Below, piece after piece: positions 39,431 to 49,221 of a stretch of 64,000 bases of DNA (positions within the stretch are counted from its first letter, which is position 1; each line of letters starts with the position of its first letter). Source of the DNA: Gemmatimonadota bacterium (GTDB taxonomy: Bacteria; Gemmatimonadota; Gemmatimonadetes; Gemmatimonadales; GWC2-71-9). Made by a program: the position numbers and the translations under genes. The stretch covers positions 42,253 to 106,252 of the forward strand of contig JAZDCY010000035.1 of assembly GCA_036679645.1 (NCBI GenBank), read 5' to 3'. The notes under the pieces are model-generated. The model searched no databases. It was not told the origin of the DNA and saw only the letters and a list, made by a program, of their open reading frames with translations.

Positions 39431-40152
39431 TGGGCCCGGCCTAGCTCGTAGTATGCCTCGATGAGATTCGGCCCCAGCGCAATTGTCTTCTGAAAAAAAG
39501 TCAGCGCGTCTTCGAACATCTCGCGCTCGAGGTAGACGAGCCCAAGATAGTAGTGCGCGTAGAGGGTCGCCTTCTTGTCGTTGTCCAGCCGAATCGCCTT
39601 GGATAGGTGCTCGATCGCCTCACCGAAGATGCGCTTCTTGAGACAGATGAACCCAACGTTGATGCGGGCCAGCGAGTTGGCCGGCTCCTTCATGAGCACT
39701 TTCTGGAAGGTGGCGAGCGCGTCGTCGAAGTCCTCGTGCTTCATCTGCGCCCACCCAAGCAACGACTCCGCCTGCGCATCTCCCGGCGAGTATTGCAACG
39801 CCTTGGTGAGCGCCTGAATGGCACCCTCGTAATCGCCCAGGGAAATCAGGTTCCACCCTTTCTCGATGAGCGTCGAAGCATCGATGTGACTGACGTGCAT
39901 CGCCGGAATCTGGCCAGTGAACTGCGGTACCTGGTCGCTCGAGTCGCCCTGCTGCAGCTGTTTGTACCGGTCAACTAGCACGCGGATGTCTTCCTTCAAA
40001 GCCGTCAGATCGGTGATACCCTGATCGACAGCCTTGAACAACGCGATGATCTCCCGCTTGACCCCCTCCCGCTGCTCACCAGACGACGCCTCGTCGAGGC
40101 GCTGCTGAATCGAGATGTAGCTCGCGCGAAGTGGGGTAACGATCTCACTCAT
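39292..40152 (-). CDS. Coiled-coil plus TPR protein
   Basis: N-terminal helical hairpin, then about five TPR repeats. Overlaps the cheW stop. Confidence 0.85.
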   Translation of the reverse strand: MSEIVTPLRASYISIQQRLDEASSGEQREGVKREIIALFKAVDQGITDLTALKEDIRVLVDRYKQLQQGDSSDQVPQFTGQIPAMHVSHIDASTLIEKGWNLISLGDYEGAIQALTKALQYSPGDAQAESLLGWAQMKHEDFDDALATFQKVLMKEPANSLARINVGFICLKKRIFGEAIEHLSKAIRLDNDKKATLYAHYYLGLVYLEREMFEDALTFFQKTIALGPNLIEAYYELGRAHWYSGDREGANETWEKGFAANKFNPWGKRCKETLDLVAQGEEPPRS

Positions 40153-40627
40153 GACCCGCCTCCACCGTCAGGGCCGCGAGAGCGACCTGTTCGTCGGACG
40201 ACAGGAGCCGTGACACCGCCAGAATCACAATCGTCCTCCCGGCGATCGTCACCATCCCATTGATGAACTGTGCCGCCAACCCTCGCACCAGATCGGGCGG
40301 CAACGTAATCTCCTCCGCCCGCACCTTGCGTACTTCGATGACCTGATCCACCACCACCCCAATCCGCGTGCTCTCCAGCTCCAGCACGATGACCCGCGTC
40401 TCATCACGCACCGTCGCCGGCGCCGTAAGCCGTTTCCGCAGGTCAACGAGTGGAATGGTGCTGTCGCCATACGAGAACACGCCCTCGAGAAACGCGGGCG
40501 CCTTCGGTAACGGCGTGGGTTCACGATAGCGGACGATCCGTTCCGCTTCGAAGACGCTCACCGCAAAACGCTGCGCGCCGACCCGGAACACGACCAACTG
40601 AACGTCGTCGCCCTGTTGTTCAGGCAT
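40145..40627 (-). CDS. cheW: Chemotaxis coupling protein CheW
   Basis: QLVVFRVG, TPLPKAPAFLEG, IPLVDLRKRL, GVVVDQV. Confidence 0.9.
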   Translation of the reverse strand: MPEQQGDDVQLVVFRVGAQRFAVSVFEAERIVRYREPTPLPKAPAFLEGVFSYGDSTIPLVDLRKRLTAPATVRDETRVIVLELESTRIGVVVDQVIEVRKVRAEEITLPPDLVRGLAAQFINGMVTIAGRTIVILAVSRLLSSDEQVALAALTVEAGHE

Positions 40628-41051
40628 CGGCCACCGCCTGTCGCTCGAGTTCGAGCTGATCAATCACCGCTGCGACATCCACCACGGGGATCATTGCCCC
40701 CTCATACCGCGTGACGCCGGCGGCCCATGGCATTTCCCACACCGCCGGAACGGGCTCGGGCGCGTCCGGCAGCAGGTCCGCCGCCTCGTCGACCTCGAGC
40801 GCCAACCGCCGCTCAGCTGCCGCAACGAGCACTGCCGTGTAAGACGTGGCACTCGGCGCCGGTCCGTGCGTGAGCACCGCCCCGAGATGCACGACGGGCA
40901 CCAGATCCCCACTGATGCGCATCACACCGCGAACGGCGGCGCACGCCACGGGCACTGCTAGGACCTGGCCGATCGGCACGATCTGCTCTACGTGCTCGAC
41001 GGCGAGCGCGTAATGCCGCTCTCCGACCCGGACGAGCAGACAGCCACTCAC
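40620..41051 (-). CDS. cheW: CheW-like protein
   Basis: [35 protein letters not shown]. Confidence 0.82.
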   Translation of the reverse strand: MSGCLLVRVGERHYALAVEHVEQIVPIGQVLAVPVACAAVRGVMRISGDLVPVVHLGAVLTHGPAPSATSYTAVLVAAAERRLALEVDEAADLLPDAPEPVPAVWEMPWAAGVTRYEGAMIPVVDVAAVIDQLELERQAVADA

Positions 41052-42121
41052 TCAGCACTCCGTAGCTCGAGCTCGGCGTGCACCTGCGGTCCGATTTCCC
41101 GCAGGGGAACAACGCGGCCCACACCGCCTCGCTGGACCGCCGCCTGTGGCATCCCGAAGATCACGGCGGTCTCCTCATCCTGCGCTAGGCCGATGCCTCC
41201 CGCGTCGTGAATCGCTCGCAGTCCCTCCGCTCCATCCCGTCCCATACCTGTCAGCACGACCCCGATCGCTCGCGGACCAAAGGCACGCGCAACGGAGCGA
41301 AACAACGGATCCGCCGCAGGACGCACACCCCACACGGCGGGCCCCTCATCGAGACGCAGGAGTGGTTCTCCAGCGACCCTATCGACGAGCAAATGATAAC
41401 CGCCCGGGGCGACGTACGCCGTGTCGGCCAGGAACGGAATGCCGTCGTCGGCCTCGACCACGCGAAACGCGCTACCCTGATCCAGGCGCTCGGCCAGACT
41501 CCGCGTGAACTTCGGCGGCATGTGCTGCACGATGACCGCGCCCGCGCCGAGCCCAGGTTGAAACGCCGGAACCACCTCGGCGAGCGCCCGTGGGCCACCC
41601 GTACTTGCCGCAATCGCGACCGCGAGCGTCGCCCGGCCCTGGATGGCATACTCGGGACGCCGGGCCGGTGGTGCTGGCGCCGCGCGCGCTAGCATGGGTA
41701 CGCGCGAAAGATTGGCCGCGACCGCCGCGTCCAGCGCCGCGATCAGCGGCGGACCGATCTGCTCGGCGGCAGCCCGTGTATGCACTTCAGGCTTCGCAAC
41801 GATTTCCACCGCGCCCAGTTCGAGCGCCCGGATCGCGGCCGCGGTGCCCGGCCCTGCATAGGCACTCACCACGACGACCGGCCGCGGTGACTCGCTCATG
41901 ATGTACCCGATCGCGCCGAGGCCATCGAGTTCAGGCATCTCGATATCCATCGTCACGACATCGGGAGTATGTAGATGCACCTTCGCGACCGCGTCCATAC
42001 CATCGCGCGCGGTCCCGACGACGCGGAAGCGCCCGGACGCATTGATGACGTCGCACAACACGCGCCGCATGAGCGCGCTGTCGTCCGCAACGAGCACAGT
42101 GCGAGGGCGCTCAGAGTTCAC
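41048..42121 (-). CDS. cheB: Chemotaxis methylesterase CheB (REC plus catalytic domain)
   Basis: ADDS...MDIEMP receiver; catalytic triad motifs [18 protein letters not shown]. Confidence 0.95.
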   Translation of the reverse strand: MNSERPRTVLVADDSALMRRVLCDVINASGRFRVVGTARDGMDAVAKVHLHTPDVVTMDIEMPELDGLGAIGYIMSESPRPVVVVSAYAGPGTAAAIRALELGAVEIVAKPEVHTRAAAEQIGPPLIAALDAAVAANLSRVPMLARAAPAPPARRPEYAIQGRATLAVAIAASTGGPRALAEVVPAFQPGLGAGAVIVQHMPPKFTRSLAERLDQGSAFRVVEADDGIPFLADTAYVAPGGYHLLVDRVAGEPLLRLDEGPAVWGVRPAADPLFRSVARAFGPRAIGVVLTGMGRDGAEGLRAIHDAGGIGLAQDEETAVIFGMPQAAVQRGGVGRVVPLREIGPQVHAELELRSAE

Positions 42122-42602
42122 GCGGCGTATTCCCCACCGACCAAACGACGAGCGTCCCCGCCCCAACATCGAAGCGCAGTGACCGGCCGCGCTCGCCGCC
42201 CAACGCCTCCCCGATGACCGGTACATCCGCTTCATCGAGGGCACGGCGACAGGCGACGGCGTTTCGCTCACCAATATGCTCCACGCCGGGCGCCATCAGC
42301 GCTGCGAACATGCGCGCGCCACCGACCAATCGCGCTGTGAGACGCTCGTACACACCGCCTTCGCGCTCCATCTCGCCGATCAGATGCGGTACGGCGGTCT
42401 CGGCGAACCGCGCCGGATTAGACCGATCGCGGGCAAACTCGGTGGATGGCAGCACAACATGCACCACGCCGCCAACACGCGCGTCGGGATCGTGCAGCAC
42501 CACCGCAACGCAGCTCCCCAACCCGTGGACGGCAATCGTCCGATCCGCACCGACAACCGCTACCCGCCCGAGGCCGACCGGCACTTCACCCCGGTGCTTC
42601 AC
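42111..42602 (-). CDS. cheD: Chemoreceptor glutamine deamidase CheD
   Basis: [30 protein letters not shown]. Confidence 0.92.
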   Translation of the reverse strand: MKHRGEVPVGLGRVAVVGADRTIAVHGLGSCVAVVLHDPDARVGGVVHVVLPSTEFARDRSNPARFAETAVPHLIGEMEREGGVYERLTARLVGGARMFAALMAPGVEHIGERNAVACRRALDEADVPVIGEALGGERGRSLRFDVGAGTLVVWSVGNTPREL

Positions 42603-43414
42603 GACGCCCGCCGGTAAATTCGCTCGCGCGCGTTGTCCAGCACGAGCCGGTCGCGCGCTTCGCCGAACAGCGTTTCGACCTTCCCGAGCACCAGAATCCC
42701 GCCGGGCGCGAGCGCTTCGGTAAACGCCAGGAACAACCGTTCCTGAGTCGTACGGTCGAAGTAGATCACTACGTTGCGACACAGGATCAGATCGTACGGC
42801 GGATGGGGCGGCGGTTCGCGCAGCAGGTCGTGCCGCCGGAACCGGACGAGCGTACGGACCCCGGCGGCAATCCGCCGGGGTGTGGAGTCGCTGAAATGCC
42901 GCTCCAACAGTGACGGCGGGAGCTCGTCGAAAGCGCTCTCGGGATACGACCCTGTCTCGGCCCGTGCCAGACTCGCTCGGTCGAAGTCCGTCGCGTCAAC
43001 GAATGCCGGAATGGAGGTCGACCAGCCGACCTCGCGCGCCTGCTCCAGCAGCACCATGGAGAGTGTGTATGGCTCCTCACCGGAGGCGCAACCCGCCGAC
43101 CAGCAGCGGACGGCGCCCTGCCGGATGCGCCAGAGATGTGGGACGTGATGCGCGCGGAGCGCGTCCCACGTATCGTGGTTTCGATAGAACTTGCTGACGT
43201 TGATCGTGAGCGTGTCGAGCAAGCGCTCGTATTCCGTGTCATCCTGCGCGAGCAAGCGCGCGTAGTCGTCATACGTATGAACGTTCCGAGCGCGCATCCG
43301 GACGGCAAGACGGCGCCGCAGGCAGCTCTCCTTGTACGCGTCGCATCCGAATCCGCGAGCCCGCGCGACCTGCTCCAGCAGCGCCGCAAGGGCGGGATCC
43401 CCTGCCTCGGTCAC
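42599..43414 (-). CDS. cheR: Chemotaxis methyltransferase CheR
   Basis: TINVSKFYRN, WSAGCASGEEPY, CRNVVIYF, LGKVE. Confidence 0.94.
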   Translation of the reverse strand: MTEAGDPALAALLEQVARARGFGCDAYKESCLRRRLAVRMRARNVHTYDDYARLLAQDDTEYERLLDTLTINVSKFYRNHDTWDALRAHHVPHLWRIRQGAVRCWSAGCASGEEPYTLSMVLLEQAREVGWSTSIPAFVDATDFDRASLARAETGSYPESAFDELPPSLLERHFSDSTPRRIAAGVRTLVRFRRHDLLREPPPHPPYDLILCRNVVIYFDRTTQERLFLAFTEALAPGGILVLGKVETLFGEARDRLVLDNARERIYRRAS

Positions 43415-45030
43415 GCCAGGGCGCTCAGCGTTTCGAGGTTGGTCCGCACGAGTTCGTGGCCCGGGTTCAGGTCGAGCGCCTGTCTCCAGCACGCGCTGGC
43501 CTGCTCGCGGTCGCCGCGCTTGTACGCGATGTTGCCCAACTTGAAGTAGAGATCGTCACCGAGCTGCGGGTCGAGCTTGATGGCGCGCTGGTACGCGGTC
43601 GCCGCATCATCGTATCGGGCCGCGCGATACAGGATATCCCCCAAGTTCTTCGATAGCTGCGGCACGGACGGCTCATCGGCCAGGGCGCCACGCAGGAGAT
43701 CCTCTGCTTCATCAACGGAACCGAGCAACTCGATGAGTGCGGCAAGATTGTTGGCGAGGACGGCGCTCTTGGGATGACGCTCCAGGCCCTCGCGCAGCAC
43801 CGATTCCGCCTCGTCGAACGCTTCCTGCCCGGCCGCTGCGAGGCCACGCGCCCAGTACCACAGGGGAGGGAGGGGCGCATCGCCCGCAACCTCTGCCGCC
43901 CGGTCGAGCCGACCCTCCGCCACCTGGTACTCCCCGCGCTGGAGCGCCGAGATGCCCCACCCCGTCATGATGCGGGCGTCGTAACGGGCGCGACCCGCCG
44001 CATCGCCGTAGGCCGAATCCGCGTGGTCGAGCTGGCCCAGCTGCTCGTACGCCAGGGCGAGATTGTGCAGCACCGCGGGCCGGGCACCCAGGTGCTCGGC
44101 CGCATTGCGGAAAAAACCCGTGGCATCCCGCCACCGCGCCTGCCTCAACGCTACGAGCCCGAGAAAGAAGTGCGCCTCACCATCTGCCGGTCGGAGCTCT
44201 ACCACACGGCGAAACTCGCGCGCCGCCTCGTCGAGCATTCCCGTCCTGTAGAAGGCGATACCCAAGTTGCGGTGCTCCTGCACACGACCCTCATTGACCT
44301 CCGCCACCGCGGGCGCCTGACTGCGCCCCACCCGATGGGCGAACCCGGCGGAGATCAGGCCGTACAACGCCTTCCCAACGTCGAACTCGACGAGCCCTGA
44401 GTCCTCGATGACGCAGGCGACGTCCCGTTCGCCGTCGAACAACGGCAGGATCTGCCGCTGCTGGTCGGTCAGCTCCACGTCCGAGGCCTCGAGACGCCCG
44501 CCGTCCACGCTGAAGATCAGATCGAAGGACGGGACTTTCTTCTCGATGAGGCTCCACTCATCGACGCGGCGCGCTCCTTCGAGCAGAAGCGACTCCGGCT
44601 TGATGGAGACGACGAACTCCTCGCGTTCCGGCCGTACCTCGCTCTCGAAGTTGAACGTTCCCTGCGTCCAGGTGAAGAGATAGTAGACCGCCTCCTGGAT
44701 CTGGACGCGCATGTTGCCCTCGAGATCGTCACGACTTAGGAGCCCGAGATCCACGAGGATCTGGCCGAGTCGCTTGTCGCGCTCTTCCGACTGCTTCTCG
44801 ATGGCCTCGCTCAGCTGATCCTGCGTGATCTTCCCTGCCTTGACGAGCATGTCGCCCAACCGGTCGCGCCGGTTGACGATCGAGGCGTAGGAGATCTGTC
44901 CCCGGTCGAAGTAGATGTAGCCGAAGTTGGAGCGGTCGGCGATTGACAGGCACCCGGTCTTCTGCCCCAGCGCGAGCAACTGCAACACATCGGGGAGTGA
45001 CGCCTCTTTGAGGCTGCCTTTGATCGCCAT
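43411..45030 (-). CDS. DUF4388/PATAN - MshEN - winged-helix-like - TPR protein
   Basis: GSLKEASLPDVLQLL...KTGCL, tandem RLGxxLV motifs, LLLEGARRVDEW, C-terminal TPRs. Confidence 0.85.
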   Translation of the reverse strand: MAIKGSLKEASLPDVLQLLALGQKTGCLSIADRSNFGYIYFDRGQISYASIVNRRDRLGDMLVKAGKITQDQLSEAIEKQSEERDKRLGQILVDLGLLSRDDLEGNMRVQIQEAVYYLFTWTQGTFNFESEVRPEREEFVVSIKPESLLLEGARRVDEWSLIEKKVPSFDLIFSVDGGRLEASDVELTDQQRQILPLFDGERDVACVIEDSGLVEFDVGKALYGLISAGFAHRVGRSQAPAVAEVNEGRVQEHRNLGIAFYRTGMLDEAAREFRRVVELRPADGEAHFFLGLVALRQARWRDATGFFRNAAEHLGARPAVLHNLALAYEQLGQLDHADSAYGDAAGRARYDARIMTGWGISALQRGEYQVAEGRLDRAAEVAGDAPLPPLWYWARGLAAAGQEAFDEAESVLREGLERHPKSAVLANNLAALIELLGSVDEAEDLLRGALADEPSVPQLSKNLGDILYRAARYDDAATAYQRAIKLDPQLGDDLYFKLGNIAYKRGDREQASACWRQALDLNPGHELVRTNLETLSALA

Positions 45031-45031
45031 A

Positions 45032-46999
45032 CTAGACGAGTTCCTCGATGATCCGGTCGTTCGTGTCGGGCCAGCGCCAGATCACCTTTTCCCGACTGCG
45101 CACACCGCCGGCTGGCGAGACGACGATCCCGCTAGTTCGCATGCGGAACGACGAGCGCCGCGGCCGAGCACCGCCATCGAGCAGATCGCGCGCGAAGGGG
45201 ACTGTCAGCACTGCATCGCGGGTCTCCGCGGCATCTACCACGCGCTGCACCGTGCCGATCACCGTTCGCAGACTCTCGGCATTGCGGTCGGCAAGAAACG
45301 CGGCAAGATCCGGATCCGACGTGCCGGTGCGCGTCTCGAGCTCGCGGACGACCAGGGAATACCGCAGGTCTCGATCTGGTGGGTCGATCTCGGCCACGAG
45401 CCCGCCCTCCATACGTGAGATGAGGCGTTCGTGGACGCCGTCCAACTCGCGCGGCGCCACGTTGACCGTGAAGACGACCTGTCGTTCCTGATCGACGAGC
45501 GCATTGAACAGGTGGAACAACTCCTCTTGGGACCGCTCCTTCCCCGCGAGGAGATGGACATCATCGAGCAGGAGGGCCGTCGCGCGGCGATACCGGGACC
45601 GCCACGCATCGACACGGTCCATCTCGATCGCCTGGACCAACTCGTCTATGAAATCCTGCGCGGAGAGACAGGCGACCAGTGCGTCGGGCGCTGCCGATAG
45701 GGCGTGGCCCACCGCATGGAGCAGGTGCGTCTTGCCAACGCCAGTGGGGCCGGCCAGCACCAGTGGGTTGTACGTCGTCGCCGGGTGCTCCGCCACGGCA
45801 CGCGCGGAGGTCAGCGCCAGCTGGTTGGACTCGGCGTCCACGAAATCGTCGAAGGCCCATGCTGCAGAAGGCCCCGGCGGTGGTGCAAGACCGTCCCGGG
45901 CCCGGCTCACGAGCTCCTCCGCGGCCGGCACTTGATCGGGATCGTGAAACACGGCGTCACCGGCGCGCGCGGCATCGAGCGTCGTCATCTCACGCTCCAA
46001 CGCCTGCAGCCGCTCAACATCCGCCCCATATTCCCGCAACACTGCGTCCGCGCCCACGGGCGTATCCTGCTCGAGCAACGTGACAATCCGCGCGGTCCGG
46101 TAGCCCTGACCTTCCCAGAACACGACGGCTTCGTGCAGTCGCTGCCGCCACGCGTCCATCTGCTTGGCGAGCGCACTTCCAACCGACGAGAGGAATTGAT
46201 CGAACTCGTTACCGGCGACCACGCCCTCGCTTGCAGCCGCCGCCAGCTCGGCTGCTGCGTCATCTACCTCCCCAACCGACTCGCCGATCCCCAGCAGCGT
46301 ACGCACACCGTCCGCCGTAATGGCGCCTTCGTTGACGGCCTGAAACGCGATGAGGCGGTTGAGCAATCCAATCAGCTCCCGTACGTTCCGCGCGTCGACC
46401 TCGGCGATCGCCTCGAGCACCGCCCGCTCGAAATCCACGCCACGCTCGTCAGCCTTCCTGCGCAAGATGGCGAGGCGCGTCTCGAACTCCGGCGTACCGA
46501 TATCCACGACCAACCCGCCCGCAAACCGCGAGATGAGCCGCTCGTCCAGATTCTCGATCTCGTTTGGGGGACGGTCGCTCGAGAGGACGATCTGTTTGCC
46601 ACCCTCGAGAAACGCCGTGATGAAACGCAACAGCTCCGACTGGGTCTCCAGCCGGCTTGCGAGGAAGTGGACATCATCGATGAGCACCACGTCGACACCC
46701 GTGAAACGATTGCGGAACGCCTCGCTCTGTCCGGCCGCGACGGCTGCATGAAACGACTCGACGAATTCCTCGAGCGTGAGGTACTCAACCGACAGCGCCG
46801 GACTCACTTCCTTGGCGAGACGCCCGATAGCCATCATCAAATGCGTCTTCCCCAGACCCGACGCCGAGTAGATGAACAGGGGGTTGTACGCAGTACCCGG
46901 ACTCTCGGCAACCGTCCGCGCCGCAGCGACGGCGAGCCGGTTGCTGGGGCCGACCACGAACGCGTCGAAGGAATACCGCGGGTTGAGATCGACGGTCAC
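45032..46999 (-). CDS. Protein with two DnaA/Hda-type AAA+ modules, lacking DnaA domains I and IV
   Basis: Two copies of F(D/E)xFV...N...YNPL...GxGKTHL...DDVH...RLISR. Confidence 0.88.
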   Translation of the reverse strand: MTVDLNPRYSFDAFVVGPSNRLAVAAARTVAESPGTAYNPLFIYSASGLGKTHLMMAIGRLAKEVSPALSVEYLTLEEFVESFHAAVAAGQSEAFRNRFTGVDVVLIDDVHFLASRLETQSELLRFITAFLEGGKQIVLSSDRPPNEIENLDERLISRFAGGLVVDIGTPEFETRLAILRRKADERGVDFERAVLEAIAEVDARNVRELIGLLNRLIAFQAVNEGAITADGVRTLLGIGESVGEVDDAAAELAAAASEGVVAGNEFDQFLSSVGSALAKQMDAWRQRLHEAVVFWEGQGYRTARIVTLLEQDTPVGADAVLREYGADVERLQALEREMTTLDAARAGDAVFHDPDQVPAAEELVSRARDGLAPPPGPSAAWAFDDFVDAESNQLALTSARAVAEHPATTYNPLVLAGPTGVGKTHLLHAVGHALSAAPDALVACLSAQDFIDELVQAIEMDRVDAWRSRYRRATALLLDDVHLLAGKERSQEELFHLFNALVDQERQVVFTVNVAPRELDGVHERLISRMEGGLVAEIDPPDRDLRYSLVVRELETRTGTSDPDLAAFLADRNAESLRTVIGTVQRVVDAAETRDAVLTVPFARDLLDGGARPRRSSFRMRTSGIVVSPAGGVRSREKVIWRWPDTNDRIIEELV

Positions 47000-47595
47000 T
47001 GCGGCGGCTCCTCACTGAGCTTACGGAGGACGCTCTCCGAGATTGCCTTCAGAGTCTCGAACACGCCCGTTCCCGACACCGCCGCGGCGGGAACACTCGG
47101 CACGCTTCGGAAGTTGAGTTGGTCGTCCAGCTCATCGACGGTGAGTATCAGGTCGCGCGGAAGATCCTGCTTGTTGTACTGCAGAACGAGCGGAACGGTC
47201 CGAACATCGATACCCTGTTCCAGCAGGTTGTGCTGGAGGTTTTGCAAGCTCGTGATGTTCTCGTCGAGCTGGCGGGCCTGACTGTCCCCGACGAAGACGA
47301 CGCCGTCCGCACCCTGTAGCACGAGTTTGCGAGTCGCGTTGTAATACACTTGTCCCGGTACCGTATAGAGCTGGAAACGCGTCGTGAAACCTGAGATCGT
47401 TCCTAACTCGATGGGCAGGAAATCGAAAAACAGTGTCCGATCCGTATGGGTCGCGAGCGACACCATGCGACCACGACGCTCCTCAGGTACGCGCTGATAG
47501 ACGTACTGCAAGTTGGTCGTCTTGCCGGATCGCCCGGGACCGTAGTAGACGATCTTGCACGTGATCTCGCGGGTCGTGAAATTGACGAGCGACAT
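46996..47595 (-). CDS. mglA: MglA-family small Ras-like GTPase
   Basis: [35 protein letters not shown]. Confidence 0.95.
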   Translation of the reverse strand: MSLVNFTTREITCKIVYYGPGRSGKTTNLQYVYQRVPEERRGRMVSLATHTDRTLFFDFLPIELGTISGFTTRFQLYTVPGQVYYNATRKLVLQGADGVVFVGDSQARQLDENITSLQNLQHNLLEQGIDVRTVPLVLQYNKQDLPRDLILTVDELDDQLNFRSVPSVPAAAVSGTGVFETLKAISESVLRKLSEEPPQ

Positions 47596-47600
47596 GAGAT

Positions 47601-48068
47601 TTACCGAAAAAGGGTCGCGAGGCTCTCGTTGAGATCCCGCTCGAAGTCGGCAGCGAGTACGGCGCGGTGCTCTGGGGGCGGCGGCGCTGCCGCCCGCAGT
47701 TCCTCCACCAGTTCCTCGAAGAATAACTGCACCAGCCCAACGGACGATTCCGCGCCGTAGACCACGAGCACTAGCATCTGGCCGCGCACGCTGTCGAATC
47801 CCGAGAGGAAGATGCCGTGTGACTCACCCTTCTGGTTCAGCGCGCTGAACGGGGCCTGCTCCAGCATCCGCGCCAACTCACTGGTCGACGCTATGATCCC
47901 CGCCCCCAGTGCCGCCGCAGCCATGACATCCACGGCCCTCGCAAAGCCATGCTGCGCGATCACCTGCCCCGACGGCGTCATCACGAGCGTAAGACGGGCC
48001 CCGGCCTCGACCACAAACCGTTCCAGCGGCTCGAGGACCCATGGCTCGATCGCGCGGGTGGACTTCAT
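47601..48068 (-). CDS. mglB: MglB-like Roadblock protein with a C-terminal helix
   Basis: [15 protein letters not shown]...ELARML, SSVGLV, C-terminal [14 protein letters not shown]. Adjacent to mglA. Confidence 0.8.
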   Translation of the reverse strand: MKSTRAIEPWVLEPLERFVVEAGARLTLVMTPSGQVIAQHGFARAVDVMAAAALGAGIIASTSELARMLEQAPFSALNQKGESHGIFLSGFDSVRGQMLVLVVYGAESSVGLVQLFFEELVEELRAAAPPPPEHRAVLAADFERDLNESLATLFR

Positions 48069-48415
48069 CCCATCTTCTCCACCGCCCGCAGCATTTCCAG
48101 CCGCGCGAGCCCGACATTCACATCCGCCCCGCCGACGCAGACGAGAAGTGTCACTTCGGGTCCGGGCACCGCCAGCAGCACACCATGATCGGCCTGAAGG
48201 TGGAGGAACTGCGGTGCGCCTATTCCGCTCGAGGCTGATGCCAGCGAAAGCCGATTCGCCAGCGACGCCGCCAACGCGGCCATCGCGTTGCCACGCACGC
48301 CTTCCATCAGCGCGTCCGCCACTACGAGACCGTCGTCCAGGGACACGAGCATCGCCCCCTGCAACCCCCGTACGCGGGTAACGCCATCGAGTGCTCGCCC
48401 GATCCGCGACGTCAT
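48065..48415 (-). CDS. Roadblock/LC7 domain protein
   Basis: VRGLQGAMLVSLDDGLVV, AMAALAA, VNVGLARLEM. Confidence 0.85.
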   Translation of the reverse strand: MTSRIGRALDGVTRVRGLQGAMLVSLDDGLVVADALMEGVRGNAMAALAASLANRLSLASASSGIGAPQFLHLQADHGVLLAVPGPEVTLLVCVGGADVNVGLARLEMLRAVEKMG

Positions 48416-49221
48416 CGCTCCTCCGCCTGCAACCAGGTGCGCGCCGCAGCGGCCGCACGCTGTGCGAGGAGAGCAACCCGCCCGGGCGGAACCGCCCGGT
48501 CTCGCTTGATCAACAGGAAGGTCCCCTGGCGTGGCTGGGATACGTGTAGATGGCCGTCCGGGGCCTCCACCGCGATGGCACGCCACACCCCCAATTCGAG
48601 CAGGCGCGCCGCCCGTTCCGCTTCCTGCGCCGCCCCGGCAAGATACGCGGCCACCTCGGCCGCCACATCCTCACCGGATGCGTTTCGCACCCCACCCCCC
48701 AACACGCGACCTTGCCCATCGACGAGCAGAATGCCTTCCTCGGCGCCGTCGAATCCGGCGAACACGTCGGCCCGGATCTCCCCTGATGCCCGAGCTGCCG
48801 TGATGTCTGCTTCTGACGGCTCGGCGGCCGCACGCACTGTGCGGAGCGCCTGCACGACTGATTCGTCGGTAGGATCGGTCGCGAGGGCCGTCTCTAGATG
48901 GTCCAGGGCGCTGTCCAACTCATCGAGACGGTAGAGCAGGAACCCCATCCCCTTGTGAGCGCCGACGTGCCGCTCTTCCAACTGCAGCGCTCGCTCCCAC
49001 TCCTCATGAGCCGCGTCGAAGTTCCCCGCATCCACGAACACCCGAGCGAGCAAGTCGTGAGCATCCGCGTGATCGGAATGCCGCTCGCACCCGGCCATGG
49101 CCACCTTCACCGCCGCGTCCAAGTTACCCAACACCCTCAGCGCCTCTCCCAACTGGAGGAAGACGAGGCTGTCGGGATCGCGCGCCATCTCGGCCGTCAT
49201 CGCCTTGATGTCAGCGACCAT
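48412..49221 (-). CDS. TPR - Roadblock fusion protein
   Basis: N-terminal DPDSLVFLQLGEALR and TPRs; C-terminal ILLVDGQGRVLGG...AARLLELG...PGRV roadblock-like domain. Confidence 0.75.
   Translation of the reverse strand: MVADIKAMTAEMARDPDSLVFLQLGEALRVLGNLDAAVKVAMAGCERHSDHADAHDLLARVFVDAGNFDAAHEEWERALQLEERHVGAHKGMGFLLYRLDELDSALDHLETALATDPTDESVVQALRTVRAAAEPSEADITAARASGEIRADVFAGFDGAEEGILLVDGQGRVLGGGVRNASGEDVAAEVAAYLAGAAQEAERAARLLELGVWRAIAVEAPDGHLHVSQPRQGTFLLIKRDRAVPPGRVALLAQRAAAAARTWLQAEER

Noticed and set aside
45032..46999. Canonical dnaA / replication origin
   Set aside because: No domain I or IV, no dnaN neighbour, no intergenic space, and no TTATCCACA box cluster seen.
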